A stretch of DNA of 64,000 nt from Octopus sinensis (taxonomy: Eukaryota), in contig NC_042999.1 of the NCBI RefSeq assembly GCF_006345805.1, positions 91,450,001-91,514,000 of the forward strand. The letters run 5' to 3'. A program made the translations under genes and the position numbers. Positions 41,138-54,857 of the stretch are shown here, piece after piece. The stretch's first letter is position 1; each line of letters starts with the position of its first letter. The notes under the pieces are model-generated. The model worked only from the letters and a program-made list of their open reading frames with translations. It was not told where the DNA came from and did not search any database.

Positions 41138-41485
41138 TACCTCCGCCTTAGCGAAGGCGGAGGTATTGTTTTCATTCGCGTTTGTTTGTTTGTTTGTTTG
41201 TCCGTGGACAATGCATCTCAAGAACCGCTGGATAGACTAAGATGAAACTTTCAGGGATGTTTGGCCTCATAAATGGCACGAACCGATTAGATTTTGGGAT
41301 CGATCTGCTATCGGACAGGTTTTCTGGATTATTTTTCCGGATTTTTTACTTAATTTTTGAGAGTGGTCGGGTTCATTTTTAGTATTCCCAATTGTGAGAG
41401 TAGTTGAGTTTATTTTAGATATTCTCATTTTAAAAATCCTCTCCGGGTAATCGTTGAGAGGATGTTGATAAGAGTGCTCTTATTA
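41138..41485 (+). mobile_element. DINE-1/HINE-like non-autonomous Helentron
   Basis: 5' 12-bp palindrome TACCTCCGCCTT-AGCG-AAGGCGGAGGTA, then a (GTTT)n tract, TCTCAAGAACCGCTGGA...GATGAAACTTTCAGGG core, and 3' AAGAGTGCTCTT; inserted in an (ATT)n context. Confidence 0.65.
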
Positions 41486-41695
41486 TTATCATTACTATTA
41501 TTATTTTCATTATCATCTTTCAATTCTGTTTCCATTTCTTACCGAGTGTCTTTCTGACACCTAGGGCAAAGAAACGCACTGTATACATTGGTAAGCCATT
41601 AAAATAAACACACAAGGTTGTTCATTTACAAAGTCATGTGATAGAGACAAATGAGAAGAAAGACAGAGAGAAAAAGGAAAAAATAGAAAAAGGAA

Positions 41696-41870
41696 AATGT
41701 AAACCACCTCCTCCTGTGGGATGAAATTAAAATAATAGACAGAGAACATCACTGTCAAATACGAAAACTAAAAGAAGCAGCACACATGTTAGGACACAAC
41801 AACCTCTTAAGCAGACCGAATGCATATATGAACAGCATATGGGAATCGGTATTAAGGAAGGAGAGGAAAA
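41696..41870 (+). pseudogene. Penelope-type GIY-YIG C-terminal fragment
   Basis: NHLLLWDEIKIIDREHHCQIRKLKEAAHMLGHNNLLSRPNAYMNSIWESVL matches the H...W....I.D.E....R..KEA...W..VL pattern. Confidence 0.7.
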
Positions 41871-41928
41871 TATTAGATTTACAAGCCCTTCAATATTTTT
41901 GTAAAACTTCAAAAATGAGTACAGCTAA

Positions 41929-41932
<4 letters not shown>

Positions 41933-42008
<76 letters not shown>
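41933..42008. repeat. (GA)n microsatellite
   Basis: Direct inspection. Confidence 0.95.
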
Positions 42009-42010
<2 letters not shown>

Positions 42011-43799
42011 CTTGTGGGGTTACATTTCAGTGTTGGTTTTACAATTCTTTTGAATTAAAATTTTTTCGAAACGATGCGATTGAAATACTGACAAACTTCT
42101 AAATGGTTATACTAAAATATTATATGAAATATGTTCTCTGTATATAAAAGCAGAGTCGTGAAAAACCATGATTGTCGGATGTCGTTAAAAATATACCTAG
42201 ATTTTCATAGTAAATAGAAACTCGCTAAAAAGCGAGCAAACAGCAGGAGAAGTCTTCAAAGAAAACTCCCGTGGAACAAGTGTTTCGGCTCGTTAGTTAA
42301 TGACATGTAAAGGGAGCCGAACCCACCTAGGTTATGATTCCTAGGTGTCCTCCTGTTGTTTTTGAAATCTCACATCTGGCAGGGATTGAACTCGGAACTT
42401 TTGAAAGAACTAGCGCAATGAATATGTTTGAAATTGGTTTTCCATTCTATTATGTCTAAGATCTATGTAATGAGCAAGAAGGGCAATTCGAACTCGATAT
42501 TCGAACAATGGAAACATGATTACAGTTGATTCTGGAATGAAGCATGGTAGCTCAGTTATTTGTGGAAGCCATGTCGATATGAGCTAGATCAGAATTGTTT
42601 GAAAAAATCATATTCACAAGATTTAAAAAAAAATTGCGTATAGCGCGTATTCTTCCATAAAATGTAAATTGAAACTATGATATAAAAATGAGGTTAATAT
42701 TGATCATGCATTGATTAATTACGTGTGTGCAGTGTGTTTAGGTTCAAGCAATAAACAAATTTTTGTAAAAAATGTCATTTCATAAATTTTAAGCATAAAA
42801 TTGAGAAAAATAAATTAAATTGAGAAAAATTAAAATCTGTCATACCTATAATATAAAATTGACATGCCGAAGAAAACCTAAAGGCAGATCAGGAATTAGC
42901 ATTCATAACATTAAGGAAAAGTAGTTTTCATCTTCGATTATAAAAATACTTTTTTGTTGACCAGTGTTAGAAGAAATGGAAAAGAATGAAACTGAATAAA
43001 AGAGCGAAATATTATGGATGTCATCATAGAGCACATTATTAAATTCAGTAATTGACAGAGTATATAGTATAACTGTAATGGAAATTGAATTAAATCATTC
43101 ATATGGTATTTTTATGAGTATATATTTATTCAAAGCCTTTCTTCATATTTTTTCAGGGAGTAAATTTCCACTTCCTCATGACAACAATTGAATGGCAAAG
43201 GAATCGAAATTTTTCAATATATCGAGTAAAACGCTCAAATTTTTATCCGTATTTAATCTTGTGCGTTAATATAATTCTATGGGTCATTGTATGATACAAA
43301 TCCCAATCATGATATTACCCACCATTTTTTTTTTTTTGAGGTGGGGAGAGTGAAACATTAGCAATAATGATGACAACGATGATGACGACGATGCCGCCGC
43401 TGCACACAAGCACACGCACACACACACACAGAGTAAGAGTAAGGGAGAGAAAGACGCTTCAGTGCGTGAAAGCATCAGACATAGTGTTTATTACATAGTC
43501 ATTAGCTTAAAGCTAATTTAAGGTTGGTGCAAAGAAATATTAACAGTGAGAGATCAAAATCGAATATATTTGGATGGGCATAAATTGCTAACACCGGAGC
43601 ACGAATTCTGAGATAATTTTGTAATCATGAAAGGTATGATAAAAATAAATTTTGATTATAAGCCTACTTGATCAACTCTCTGCATTTCGCAACTTGCACC
43701 CAACCAAAAATATCTATGTCATTTAGTTATTTGCATCAATCCTAAATAAAATTTAAGACATATAATTATGTATGTATGTGTGTATGTATGTATGTACTT

Positions 43800-43869
43800 A
43801 CTTTGATACTTTGATAGGTTTCGGCCATTATCGGCCCAGGTCATGTCGGCCCAGGCCATATCGGCCCGG
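43800..43869 (-). mobile_element. 3'-terminal stub of the CR1-clade LINE family with a triplicated motif
   Basis: CTTTGATACTTTGATAGGTTTCGGCCATTA matches 11680-11710; TCGGCCC(A)GG occurs three times; lies in (TATG)n. Confidence 0.75.
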
Positions 43870-44414
43870 TATGTATGTATGTATGTATGTATGTATGTAT
43901 GTATGTATGTATGTATGTATGTATGTACTTATCTATGTACTTATGTATGTATGTACTTATGTATGTATGTATGTTACGATCGAGAATGTGAATCATAATG
44001 ACCTTTTTGTGTGCACAGTTTGTGACAGATCATTGCCTTTCTTTTGCTGGGCTCAAATCTCATTTGCGGACCCATGAAAAACGAACCTCCACCAACTACT
44101 CTGCCTATATATCTGTGCACACATTTCAATGCCGTGTATGACATAAGGACTGCAAATCTAACGGAGGCTTCAATAGACATTTTAAGATCTACAAAGATCA
44201 GAACTTATCTGCAACTCTTGGTGGTCCAAATCTGATACGCAATTTATGTGGATGTCTTTTCAATACACTGTCTTATTTAAAAATCCTCATCAGACGCCAT
44301 GATGGATATAAGGTGTAGGTACAAGAGGTAGTCGGACTCTGTATAAGGAGTAGACAATCGCTATGTATGTATGTATGTATGTATGTATGTATGTATGTAT
44401 GTATGTATGTATGT

Positions 44415-44970
44415 TATGTCAGGTCACTTTCGAGTGCTACTGGTAACATGTAACCCAGTACAACCTGTTGCATGGTAGGGTCGTCGGCGACTAAACCAGC
44501 AACCTCACCAAGCATGCTTGGTGAGGAGGGTGTTTATTGGACACCCTGTGGGAGGAAATACAAAACCCGTCAAAGGGCGGAGGAACTCTTGAGAGTCAAC
44601 GGCCATCCAATAAATATCTTAAGGCTGTATCATGCGCGGGAACATAGAAATAATCGGACTGAATACCCGATCGCGCGGTTAAACCATTGGGAGTGAAGGA
44701 CTCCTAGCCTTTGTTAGGGCATCCTTCTAGGAGAAGGTAACTCAGGTAACTGGGATAACTCCGACATAAAACCTGCGGCTCAGTGGTTACCGATGATGTT
44801 GACTTGTTCTTCTTTTCGGATTATGGCTACTGTTGCTTAGTGAGTGGGATTGACTCAGTGCACAGCCGTTCCTCACTTAAAAAAAATCTTCTTGCACAGG
44901 CATTGCACGATAACAACATTGATTAAGCTTCGCACAATGGCCATACTCGATAACGAGGGAGCAGCTACCA
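44415..44970 (+). mobile_element. RTE-type LINE 5' UTR and start of the endonuclease ORF
   Basis: GGGCATCCTTCTAGGAGAAGGTAACTC...AAACC segment typical of RTE 5' regions (recalled by eye); degenerate LDNEGA at the end; many hairpins. Confidence 0.5.
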
Positions 44971-44971
44971 G

Positions 44972-45176
44972 GTATGTATGTATGTACCAAAAGACGTGTT
45001 ATAATACTATTCCACAGCCGTACCAACACTCCCATAATACTAATCCACATATAGCTGTTGATGGAAGTATGCTGGATTCTTGGTATGGCTGTTTTTGTAT
45101 ATGTAGATTAGTATTATTGGATTGTTGGTACGGCTGTGGAATAGTATTATAACACATCCTTTTGATACATACATAC
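44972..45176. mobile_element. Hairpin MITE (about 200 bp)
   Basis: About 75-nt arms CAAAAGACGTGTTATAATACTATTCCACAGCCGTACCAAC... and ...GTTGGTACGGCTGTGGAATAGTATTATAACACATCCTTTTG, flanked by inverted (GTAT)n/(ATAC)n. Confidence 0.8.
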
Positions 45177-46404
45177 AGAAGTAAACAGACACACCATAAA
45201 ACATTGTTCTATGCTTAATTGAACTTGAGAAGATTATATATTTTTATTAATTGACATTTTTATGTTTCAGATTCTATATGTGAATATTTAATCATGCCAT
45301 GTACAAAAGATACCTTGGAACTCTAAATTTCAATGAGGCAGTATTGTCGATCAATCTGAAGGTGAACTTAGTGTAAACCTGCAGAAAACATTGGGATCCT
45401 GCTTCCTACAGTTAATAGAGTGACTTTGCAATTTACCAGAGAGAGAAAGCAGGCTACATCACCTCACCCAGGTTGACCAGAGCCCTCTGACAGAACCCTT
45501 CACTTTGTTAAGAGAAATGTGGAGGATAATCCTTGATGCAAGGCCTCTGACATAACAGAACAAGATAATGTCAGTCCCAGAACAGCTGTCAGGTATCTCT
45601 ACAAACTTGACTATTAAGGCAGAGCAGGAAGAAACCACTTCTTCGACCAGCCAATATCAGAATGGGAAAGAATTGGGCCAGTGTGATGGTGGAAAGGCCA
45701 CTAGCATTTTGGGACACTGTCATATCTCTGATAAGTCCAGATTTGCTGTTTTTTCTGACAGTGGTCGAATGTGGGTCTGGAGACTGTAATGAAGAATTTG
45801 ACGTGAAAATATTGCAGCCAACAATGAAACATGGCAGCTATTTTGTGGTGGTCTGGAGAGCAATTCGGAGCAATGGTCGATCAGAGCTAGTAGAGTTTGA
45901 AGGAAACATACACTCAGATAAATATGTGCCCATATTGCAGAAAAGACACCTTCCAATCTTCTTCAGTAGTAAAATGACTAAAGAAGACTCTTTATTAATG
46001 GAAGATGAGATCCTTGACACACAGCTAAAATGACCCAAGATTGGTTGGAAGAGAATGGTATTAAAAAACTTCCATGGTCAAGCCAGCCACCAGATATGAA
46101 CCCTATTGAACATCTCTGGGGCACAATGGACAGGGTATTTCATAAAAAGAACAAGAAAGCATCCTCAAAGCCAGATCTTTTGAGATTACAGCATGACACT
46201 TAGCAAACACTTCATCAAGAGAATGTTTGTCATCTGATTAGTAGCATGCCTAATAGAGTACTTGTATAGAACAAGGCAAAGGGCATGTCTACTAAGTATT
46301 AGATATTCACATTATAATAATTAATAAATAAATTGAATGTATAATTCCAGATTTAAATAAATTTTAACGATTATAAGGGTGTCTATTTACTTCTATTATA
46401 GCTG
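45177..46404 (+). mobile_element. Tc1-family DNA transposon with decayed transposase
   Basis: [50 protein letters not shown] and GMSTKY*; imperfect TIRs AGAAGTAAACAGACAC / GTGTCTATTTACTTCT. Confidence 0.9.
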
Positions 46405-46869
46405 TGTATGTGTGTATGTGTTTGTATGTGCATGCGTGTGTGTGTGTGTATGTGTGTGCGTGTGTGCGAGTGTGTATTTGTGTATATGTATGCACCTACG
46501 TACCAATAATAAAGATTTTTCCGCCCTTGGCTTTTTTCTTTTAATTTAACCTTACTTGCATAATTCTATATATGAGTGTCACGCAGCAACACTATATATC
46601 TAAGTGTCTAAGTGTACAAGTCTGTTCCTGAATTGTATATCAACAGATATTGTACATCAAGGAATTGTATAAAAACAGAACAATAGATCTATATATGGTG
46701 CTTTGCTTTTTAACCATTTACTTCTGAGATATAGGTATGCTAGATCATTAATCACAAATCTAAACAATAACAACAACAATAACAAAATAGAAGAGAAACA
46801 TGTCTGTTGTAAATGTATTCCTGAATATGTATCTGATAACGAATGATCTGACAATATAGTTACTGCTGG

Positions 46870-47450
46870 ATTTGGACTGGAAATGAGGCTGCATTGCTTG
46901 GGCAGGTTAGGATCCGTTTGTAGTATACAGATTGAAGGAATGAAGGGCAGCTGTAGAACGTTTGAAGTGGTAGCGGAAGAGAAGAGAAATCAAGTCCGAA
47001 AGCTTGCTTATGGTTGTAGCATGCAGGCGAACAAATCGTTGCAAATCAAATAAAAGATATTTCATTTGATGCAGCCAAGTAGATTTATACCCGTAGCAAC
47101 AGCCCTGTTCTATCTGTGCAGTCAGTATTACATCAATAGTGGGACTTCGGCCTTGTTATAATCGTTTGAATTTCTCGTTCTGAAGAAGACAATTAGTGGT
47201 ATATCAGTTACGGTGGTATATCAGTTACGTACTTGCACTCATCATAATGAGAGCGTCAGATGTTGTGAAGTCTAGAATTTATCATAACTTTGAGAGTTTC
47301 TTAGGCAGCATTTTTATTCTCAGCTGTAGTGAGACCTGTTCGATTCGATCTGTAATCAAAGGCATTCTAGCCGTAACTTTCCTGGCTTTTTCAAGACATA
47401 ATATCTCAAGGGCAACAATAGCCGAACTATCCTCCCTTTTCTTAATATTA
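46870..47450 (-). pseudogene. Possible very old LINE RT C-terminal remnant
   Basis: Weak by-eye resemblance (FFRTR...KAEV, KRSTAALHSF...) to CR1/Jockey C-terminal motifs. Confidence 0.3.
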
Positions 47451-49283
47451 TGATATGTTCATTTGATGGGGAAGGAGGCTATAATATTACTATTAGAAGG
47501 TCATTTTAAGGTCATGGAAGCAATCTATACCCAGTGTATCTAACCCGAGTGAGGATGATGTCCACATGCTAAAGTTGTATGGAGAGGATGTCAGCTGCAG
47601 ACGAGTATGTGTTATAAGTAACAGCAAATATGCTTTTGATGAGCAGGAAGAATGTGTTTGAGGCAGCCTAAAAGCTTCAGCCAAATTCTCTCTAATAGTA
47701 TCTTCTATTCGAAAAGGACGCTTCGAATAATGTACTCGCAAGTACATTGTATAGAGGAATTCTTTTGATCATAGCTCTGGTCGTTTCAGTATTGACTGAC
47801 TTAACGAACTTAAAATCAGCAACGACTACAATATTTGGGATACCTCAGGAACAGAAAGAGATTCAACTGGCAATGTAGTTATGAATCTAATCTACTGAAA
47901 ATGGCTAATAGCAGGTGCAGCAAAACTTTCAGATTCACCAATATTGATAGATGTTTCAACAATAACCGCATAGTGAGCACAATGATGATAACTACAAACG
48001 ATAAAAGCTCACCTACTTTAAGATACCATTACTGTTGCACTCATCATCATCATCATCATCTTCACGGTGGTATAATCAGCTTGGTATCATGTTCCACGAC
48101 AAAACTGACAATGCCGAGTTAATAACTGTCATAGCGACACATAATACCTCCAATGTTGTGCAAAGACATGCTGAAAAGTTAATGACCAACACCGTTGTAG
48201 ATATCTAATTATAGACAATTATGGAATTTAAGAAATAATTCTATCATACCATTTCTAATTTACACAATAGGAATTATACACAATCACATCAGTAAAGATA
48301 CCAACAGGTCAGTTTACAGATATACTAACGTTCCAGAAAATAATAATACTAATAATTGTAAATATTGTTTGAGTATTGTAGCAGAGCATTTGTTAATGTT
48401 GAATATTTATATTCACCCTTTCTACTAATGTGAACATTTATTTATTACTTGTAATACAAGACAGAAAGCTATTAATGTATCTATCAAGCAATAAATAAAT
48501 AAATAAATAAAATAATGATTACATATTCTTTGGAAAGTAACACAATCTATTAAAAACATGTTCAAAACATAAATGGTATTTATTTTATAAAACTCAAAGA
48601 GATGAAATAAAATCTTACTTCAGTGGAATTTGATCTCAGTAATTGACTGAAATAAGGAAAGTGTTAATGGTATACGTAATTATATTATTTATATATTTGG
48701 CTATACGCTTTTCCACTTCCAACACAATACCACCATAAAAATGCAATACATACATACATGAATACATTCACACATACACACATACAAATATACATATATA
48801 CATACACACTTATGCTGAACTATTCAAAAAATTTGCTGTTACTCTACATAGATTACAAGTTCATGTTTACACCTGCAATTATCGGGGGCGTCAGATATAT
48901 AATACACTACCTAAATACTAATATTGAGAAATTAGGCTTCTCAAAACTAGAAAGGAGAAAGCCAATTCGAAGACTACATATCCAGTCCATCACTGGAACT
49001 GTAAAAATCTGTAAAACTTTACAGAAGTTAATCATTTAAACGTATATGAGCATATCTAGATATGCATGAGAATACGTACATAAAACATACATACATACAT
49101 ACATACATACATACAAACAAACAAAAATACCCTGTTGTTGATGTTGAAATTCCAATTAAGGAACCTTGGATCTAGGATAGAAACCGGTTCTTTCTCTATT
49201 GGCAACAAATCTTAAAATAAACTGAATGACATACATACATACATACATACATACATACATACATACATACATACATACATACA

Positions 49284-51552
49284 TTGCAGCCGAATAGATA
49301 AAATTTGGACCACATTTAGACAACGTGTTTGCAGTGTCAGTACTCATACCAACATTTGGGCTGCTTGATTGGACGCTTGATGAGATCCGAGCCACTAATG
49401 TGAAAACCAGAAAAATACTTACAAGCACACAAAATTTACACACAAACAGTGACGTAGACCGCCTGTACCTAAAACGAAAACAAAGCGGCAGAGGCTTAAC
49501 ATCGATCCAAAATGTCTTTGAGTGTCGCATCATATCTCTTCGGCAACATCTTTTAACCACCAATTGTCGAAGTGCATCGCTTGACAAAGTTTGCATAGAT
49601 GAGACTTATAACGTCTTAAGAAATGGAGTCCTGTCACACGAGCAGAAGGGTTGCAAGCATAAGTGCAGAGGTACCAAGGATCAACTCCTGATAGCCAAAA
49701 CTGTACTTAGAGACTGTAAGAGAAGGAAAAGTAACTTAGCCATGTCATGGATCGACTATCGCAAGCCGTACGTTATAATACCACATTCTTGGATTATGGA
49801 GTGTATGAACCTATTTGGTAATGCATCGAATGTTGAGCGATTGCTTGGAAAAAGTATGGCGAATTGGAGGACGGACCTGACAGCACACGGAAGAAGTTTA
49901 GAGACAGTAGAAATTAGGAGGGGCATCTTCCAACTGGACTGCTTGTTCCCACTGATCTTTGTACTGTACTTGATACAACTGACGCTGATTCTGAGGAATG
50001 CAAAAGCTGGGTATGTATTCAAAAGCCGCTAGCAAAAAGTCAACCATTTGTAATTCATGGATGACTTCAAACTGTATGGTAAAGATGAAGCCCAAGTCAG
50101 TTCTTTCGTTGATACGGTGTATGCCTTCAGTGCTGATATCAGAATGGGGTTCAGACTGTGAAAGTGTGATGTGTTAGTCTTGAAGAGAGGCAAAATCAAA
50201 TATATGAACGGGCTAACGATACCGTCGGGGAAGGTTATGAAGCAGATAGAAGAGACGGGCTATAAGTACTTGTGGTTTTGGAAATGGATAAATTGATGGA
50301 GAAAGAACTGACAGAATAATTTAAGGTAAAGTACTACTGCAGACTGAGACTGATCATTAAGTCGAAATTAAACGGGCGGAATAAGATCGAAGCTATCAAC
50401 ACCTGGGCGGTTTCACTCCTTAGATATGGAGCAGGGTAATCGCATGGACAGTAGAGGAACTAAACAGGTTAGACAGAAAGACAAGAAAGTTGCTAACTAG
50501 ATATGGGTCACTCTACCCAAAAAGTGACACAGAGAAACTGTATGTACCATGAAAAAGAAGGGGAAGTGGACTTATTGGATGCGAACACAGCATTAGAGTA
50601 GAAGAAAACACCATAGCATGGTATGTAATAAATGCCACAGAACCGCTGTTATTAGGAGTAAGAAGGTCAGTCTTGTGTAGGATGAAAGACTGCAAAGATG
50701 AAGCACTATACAAGAGATTGAAAACGAAACAAACTGAAAATAGGTGTGTAAAGAAAAGAATTCATGGTCAATTTCATAGGGATGTTGAAGATAAGACAGA
50801 GAAAAAAGATGGCTGTGGATGACTAAAAGTGATTTAAAACCGGAAACGGAGGCTCTAATTTATGCTGTCCAAGAACAATCACTAAGAACAAACTACATAA
50901 AATACAGAATAGATAACACAGCAGAAAGTGATAAGCGCAGAATCTGTGGACAAAACGGTGAAACCGTATGGCATATTACCAGACAACATACGCCACTAGC
51001 TCAGAAGGAATATAAGAGACGTCACAACAATATAGCCAGTCTTGTCTATTGGACCCTGCAACAAGTATGGACTTGACAGAGCAAAGAATTGGTACGACCA
51101 CAAACCTGAAGGCATCGTCGAAAATAGAAATGCAAAGATCCTATGATTCAGGGCGACCATGAGAAAGAGGATAGGAAGTCTTAATTGAGAAACTATGATG
51201 GATCATAGATATAGCATACCCAGCTGACAAGAAGTTATGCGATAAGGAAGAAAGAAAAGTTGAGAGATATGACAGGTTAGCTTGGTAAGTTAAGCAGCTG
51301 TGATCGATCAAAAAGGTAGCATTAGTACCAATAATTGTCGGAGCCCTGGGAATAGTGAGTAAAAATCTCGAGAAGTACGTCGAACAAATAGGAGCTGCAG
51401 TAAGGGTGGAGCACTTGCAGGAAACAGCACTGCTTGCACCCGCTCGAATACTCCGGAGGGTTCTCGAAAAATAAGAGGTATTATCTTAGTTCACTGGTAG
51501 TGAACAGCTGACACTGTAGTACATATCCAGCGTTAGAAGCTGTGCAAAGGCA
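49284..51552 (+). mobile_element. R4/Dong-clade non-LTR retrotransposon (decayed, chimeric 5' part) ending in a (TGA)n(TAA)n tract
   Basis: [86 protein letters not shown] (stop at 51472-51474). Confidence 0.9.
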
Positions 51553-51593
51553 ATGATGATGATGATGATGATGATAATAATCATAATAATAAT

Positions 51594-51631
<38 letters not shown>

Positions 51632-51652
51632 CAACAATAATAACAATAATAA
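51553..51652. repeat. (TGA)n(TAA)n(CAA)n microsatellite
   Basis: Direct inspection. Confidence 0.95.
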
Positions 51653-51659
51653 TTTGTTC

Positions 51660-51800
51660 TAAATTTGGCCCAAGACCTACAATTTTTGAGAGTAGATTAA
51701 ATTGATCACATCAACTCCAGAGCTCAACTGATACTTCTTATATCGACCATAAAAGAGTAAAACGCGAAATTGAACTGGGCAGCATTTAAACTTAGTAGAT
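51660..51800 (-). mobile_element. Degenerate SINE with CORE-like segment
   Basis: Partial similarity to 26490-26622. Confidence 0.4.
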
Positions 51801-53049
51801 AAAGAACCAGAAAAAAAAGCAGCTGTGCATTTTGTGCCGTGCGGTAACTATTCTGCCTGTTCGCTATATTCATAACAACACCATCATCATCAACAACAAC
51901 AATAATAAAAATAATTTTTGCTTGTTTCTTTTTGATAATTGAGTGTTTGGAAATCAATATTGATTCAAGATACAATTACTTTTGTTTCGTCGGTTAAATT
52001 TGCAGCTTCTTCACTTTTGCTGATATTCCATTCAGCTGTTTATATGATTAAAGTAGATATAGCGTAATTACTTAACATTTTTTTCTCTCTCTTTGTAGCC
52101 ATCCTTAACACTTCTCATATGTCAATAAAGCGATCAATTCGATTGGTTGACATATTCGTAATTGAAGAATGAGATCAGTTTTATTAGGATATACATCTCT
52201 ATTTGTCAACTTCATTGATTTGTTACGAGAAACGTTGCTGCATTTTATAATATAAACACTATATCATAGCTCATACGTTTTGTATATGGCATGGACAAAC
52301 AAATGAGCGCAGTTGTTGAACGTATCACTCAACGACAATACAAGAAATGGATTTCGCTTTCCATTACCGGTAGAAATGTATATTTTTGTAGAATATACAT
52401 GCACGCACGCGCACGCGCACGCACACATACACACGCATGCACATACATATATGTATGTGATGCATATATGTATATTTGTATGTATGTATGTATGTATGTA
52501 TGTAGTATGTATGTATGTATGTATGTATGTACGTACGTATGTATGTATGTATGTATGTATGTATGTATGTATGTATGTATGTATGTATGTGTGTATGTAT
52601 GTATGTATAGCTGTAAATACCGCGTAGAAATGTATGTAACTTCAGTAATGTATCTGCTGTCAGTTTTGTGGATGTGTATTTCGAATTGTTTAATATTCCA
52701 GATACACCATAATATCTAACCCTACATAATTACCACGTGAAAGTGCACATCACTGCAATGAATCCATCCTCTGTTTTATCAAAGAATCTACCCAGTTGCC
52801 TGACCAACAGAATAAATTATTCATTGAAACAGTAAAATTAGTAGCATTGAATATATAGTAGACATAGTGCATGTGTCTGATTGTACTACAGATACTGGTA
52901 GCCACTACAGACACTGGAAGCAGCGCAATAGAAGTGCGTGCTAGATCCAGATAGTTGAATTACATATACCACCGGTTAGGATATATAGTTTCTGTCTTAG
53001 CAGTTTTATGCAAAATGCCTGGGAAGAAACATGACAATGTGAGAAAGCA

Positions 53050-53455
53050 TTTGTGGATGGTGCGTGTCAATGGAATCGAAAAGATGCAGGACTTCATGCT
53101 CTCGAACTGAACCTCTTAAGTGTTCGGCCACGATTGTTCCAGATCATCAATATGTATGATGGTAGTCTCTCGCATTCCGTGAAAGGCGGCTCAGCAATTA
53201 CTAACTGAACACTTTGCAAAAATGATTTGTTTATAGTGATCAAATATTTGTGCTGTATATTAGCTTGCTTCCTCCATGAAATCGGCATTGCCTGTACAGG
53301 TGCACGATGTGCTACATAACAGGTGTCGAAATGATCACAGTTCATAAGATGAAGTGTTTGGCTCAAGAGCACAATCGATCACTCGGTCCAGAAACTGAAA
53401 ATATGATCTCTCGATCTTGTGTGCCATACCCTAGCCACTTGGTCATGCGCTCTGA
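53050..53455 (-). mobile_element. Degenerate tRNA-derived SINE
   Basis: Minus-strand head GCGCATGACCAAGTGGCTAGGG and TTGTGCTCTTGAGCCAAACACTTCAT resemble 17700-17960 and 55992-56335. Confidence 0.5.
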
Positions 53456-54028
53456 ATCATCGATATAAGTACCTAGAAAAATCTGAAAGTCATGCTTATG
53501 TGGTAAGGGCAAACATTTGGGTTTTTTAATTGTCATCAAGTCAAGAGGCAGCATTTGGCCAAAATGTGAGGTAGATGTATTGACTTACAAGATTATACAA
53601 TGTATCGAAATGCAAGGATTTCAAGAAATGTTCTTTTTATGTGTTTGCTTGTTAAGTCGATATTTCCAATTAAATTGCGCTTCATGTAATTTGATTTAGA
53701 AGACATAATTTATATTTAGATGTGGTTCAAATCTAATCAGAAACTGAAAGGTTGATTCAAACGATATCCATGCCACACTCACATGTGGACTTTCACAGTC
53801 GCACGCACGTACACACATGTGCAAAGATGCAAGCATACACATATACACAACTATGTAGGAATACTTGTACATTTATATATCTTTATGTCTGTGTTCTCGC
53901 TCTACATGTGTATATGTATGTGTATGTATATTGGTATTTATATGAAAGTATGTGTAAGTACACACGTATGTATGTGTATGTGTATGTACACGCAGACACA
54001 CACACACACACACACACATCTATATATA

Positions 54029-54068
<40 letters not shown>

Positions 54069-54310
54069 TGATAGTGACTTCGAAATGTTGCTGATGTGAC
54101 TTAAGTTAGTATCCTTACAATTAAGGAGCTGATTGAAATGGGTTTCAATATATGCTTACATATATTCACACTTACATGTATTCCTTGATGCATGCAGGTG
54201 AACATGCACACACACACACAAACACATGCATGAAGATCGCAATAACGTGAAACTTGAGTCACAAAACAAACTTGTTCCAATAAAAAAATACGCTTGTGTG
54301 TGTATATATG

Positions 54311-54352
<42 letters not shown>

Positions 54353-54440
54353 CGTAAAATTAATTATCAAGTAGCCAGTGTGAAATAAAAACATTATAGA
54401 TAATATTTTATACTAATTTATAATTATATAAATAATTATA

Positions 54441-54728
54441 TTAAATGGTGCGGATTGACTACACCGACAGGCTACGGTTATACGCCAAATGACTCTAAAA
54501 CCACTTCTATACTTCATTAGCACGGGTTGTAAGCGAGCAGGTGAATAGATAAATAAGACATTTTGATCAATTGTAAATCGATTTCAAACTTAGCGTTATA
54601 AAACACCTTGTTACCTTCCATACAATATGTATAAGAATATATATGTATAGATTGGAGTATTGAAGTGGTTTTAAAGTCATTTGGCGTTTATTTCTAGCGT
54701 GTTGGAGTGGTCATTCCGCATCCTTTAA
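54441..54728. mobile_element. TTAA-flanked MITE (Kolobok-like)
   Basis: About 70-bp imperfect TIRs at 54445-54515 and 54655-54724; TTAA at 54441-54444 and 54725-54728; the right end reads AG rather than the piggyBac CCY. Confidence 0.65.
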
Positions 54729-54857
54729 TATAATTATTTATATAATTATAAATTAGTATATACATATATATATGTATGTATATATAAACATATATATATA
54801 TACATATATATATGTAAACATATATACATATATATACACATACATATATATATATAT

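Noticed and set aside
42270-42330. Hammerhead-like GAGCC-GAAAC motif on the minus strand
   Set aside because: Stem and GAAAC are present, but the CUGANGA/UUGANAA half is missing (reads GGUGGGUUC); it is just a hairpin in a SINE-like fragment
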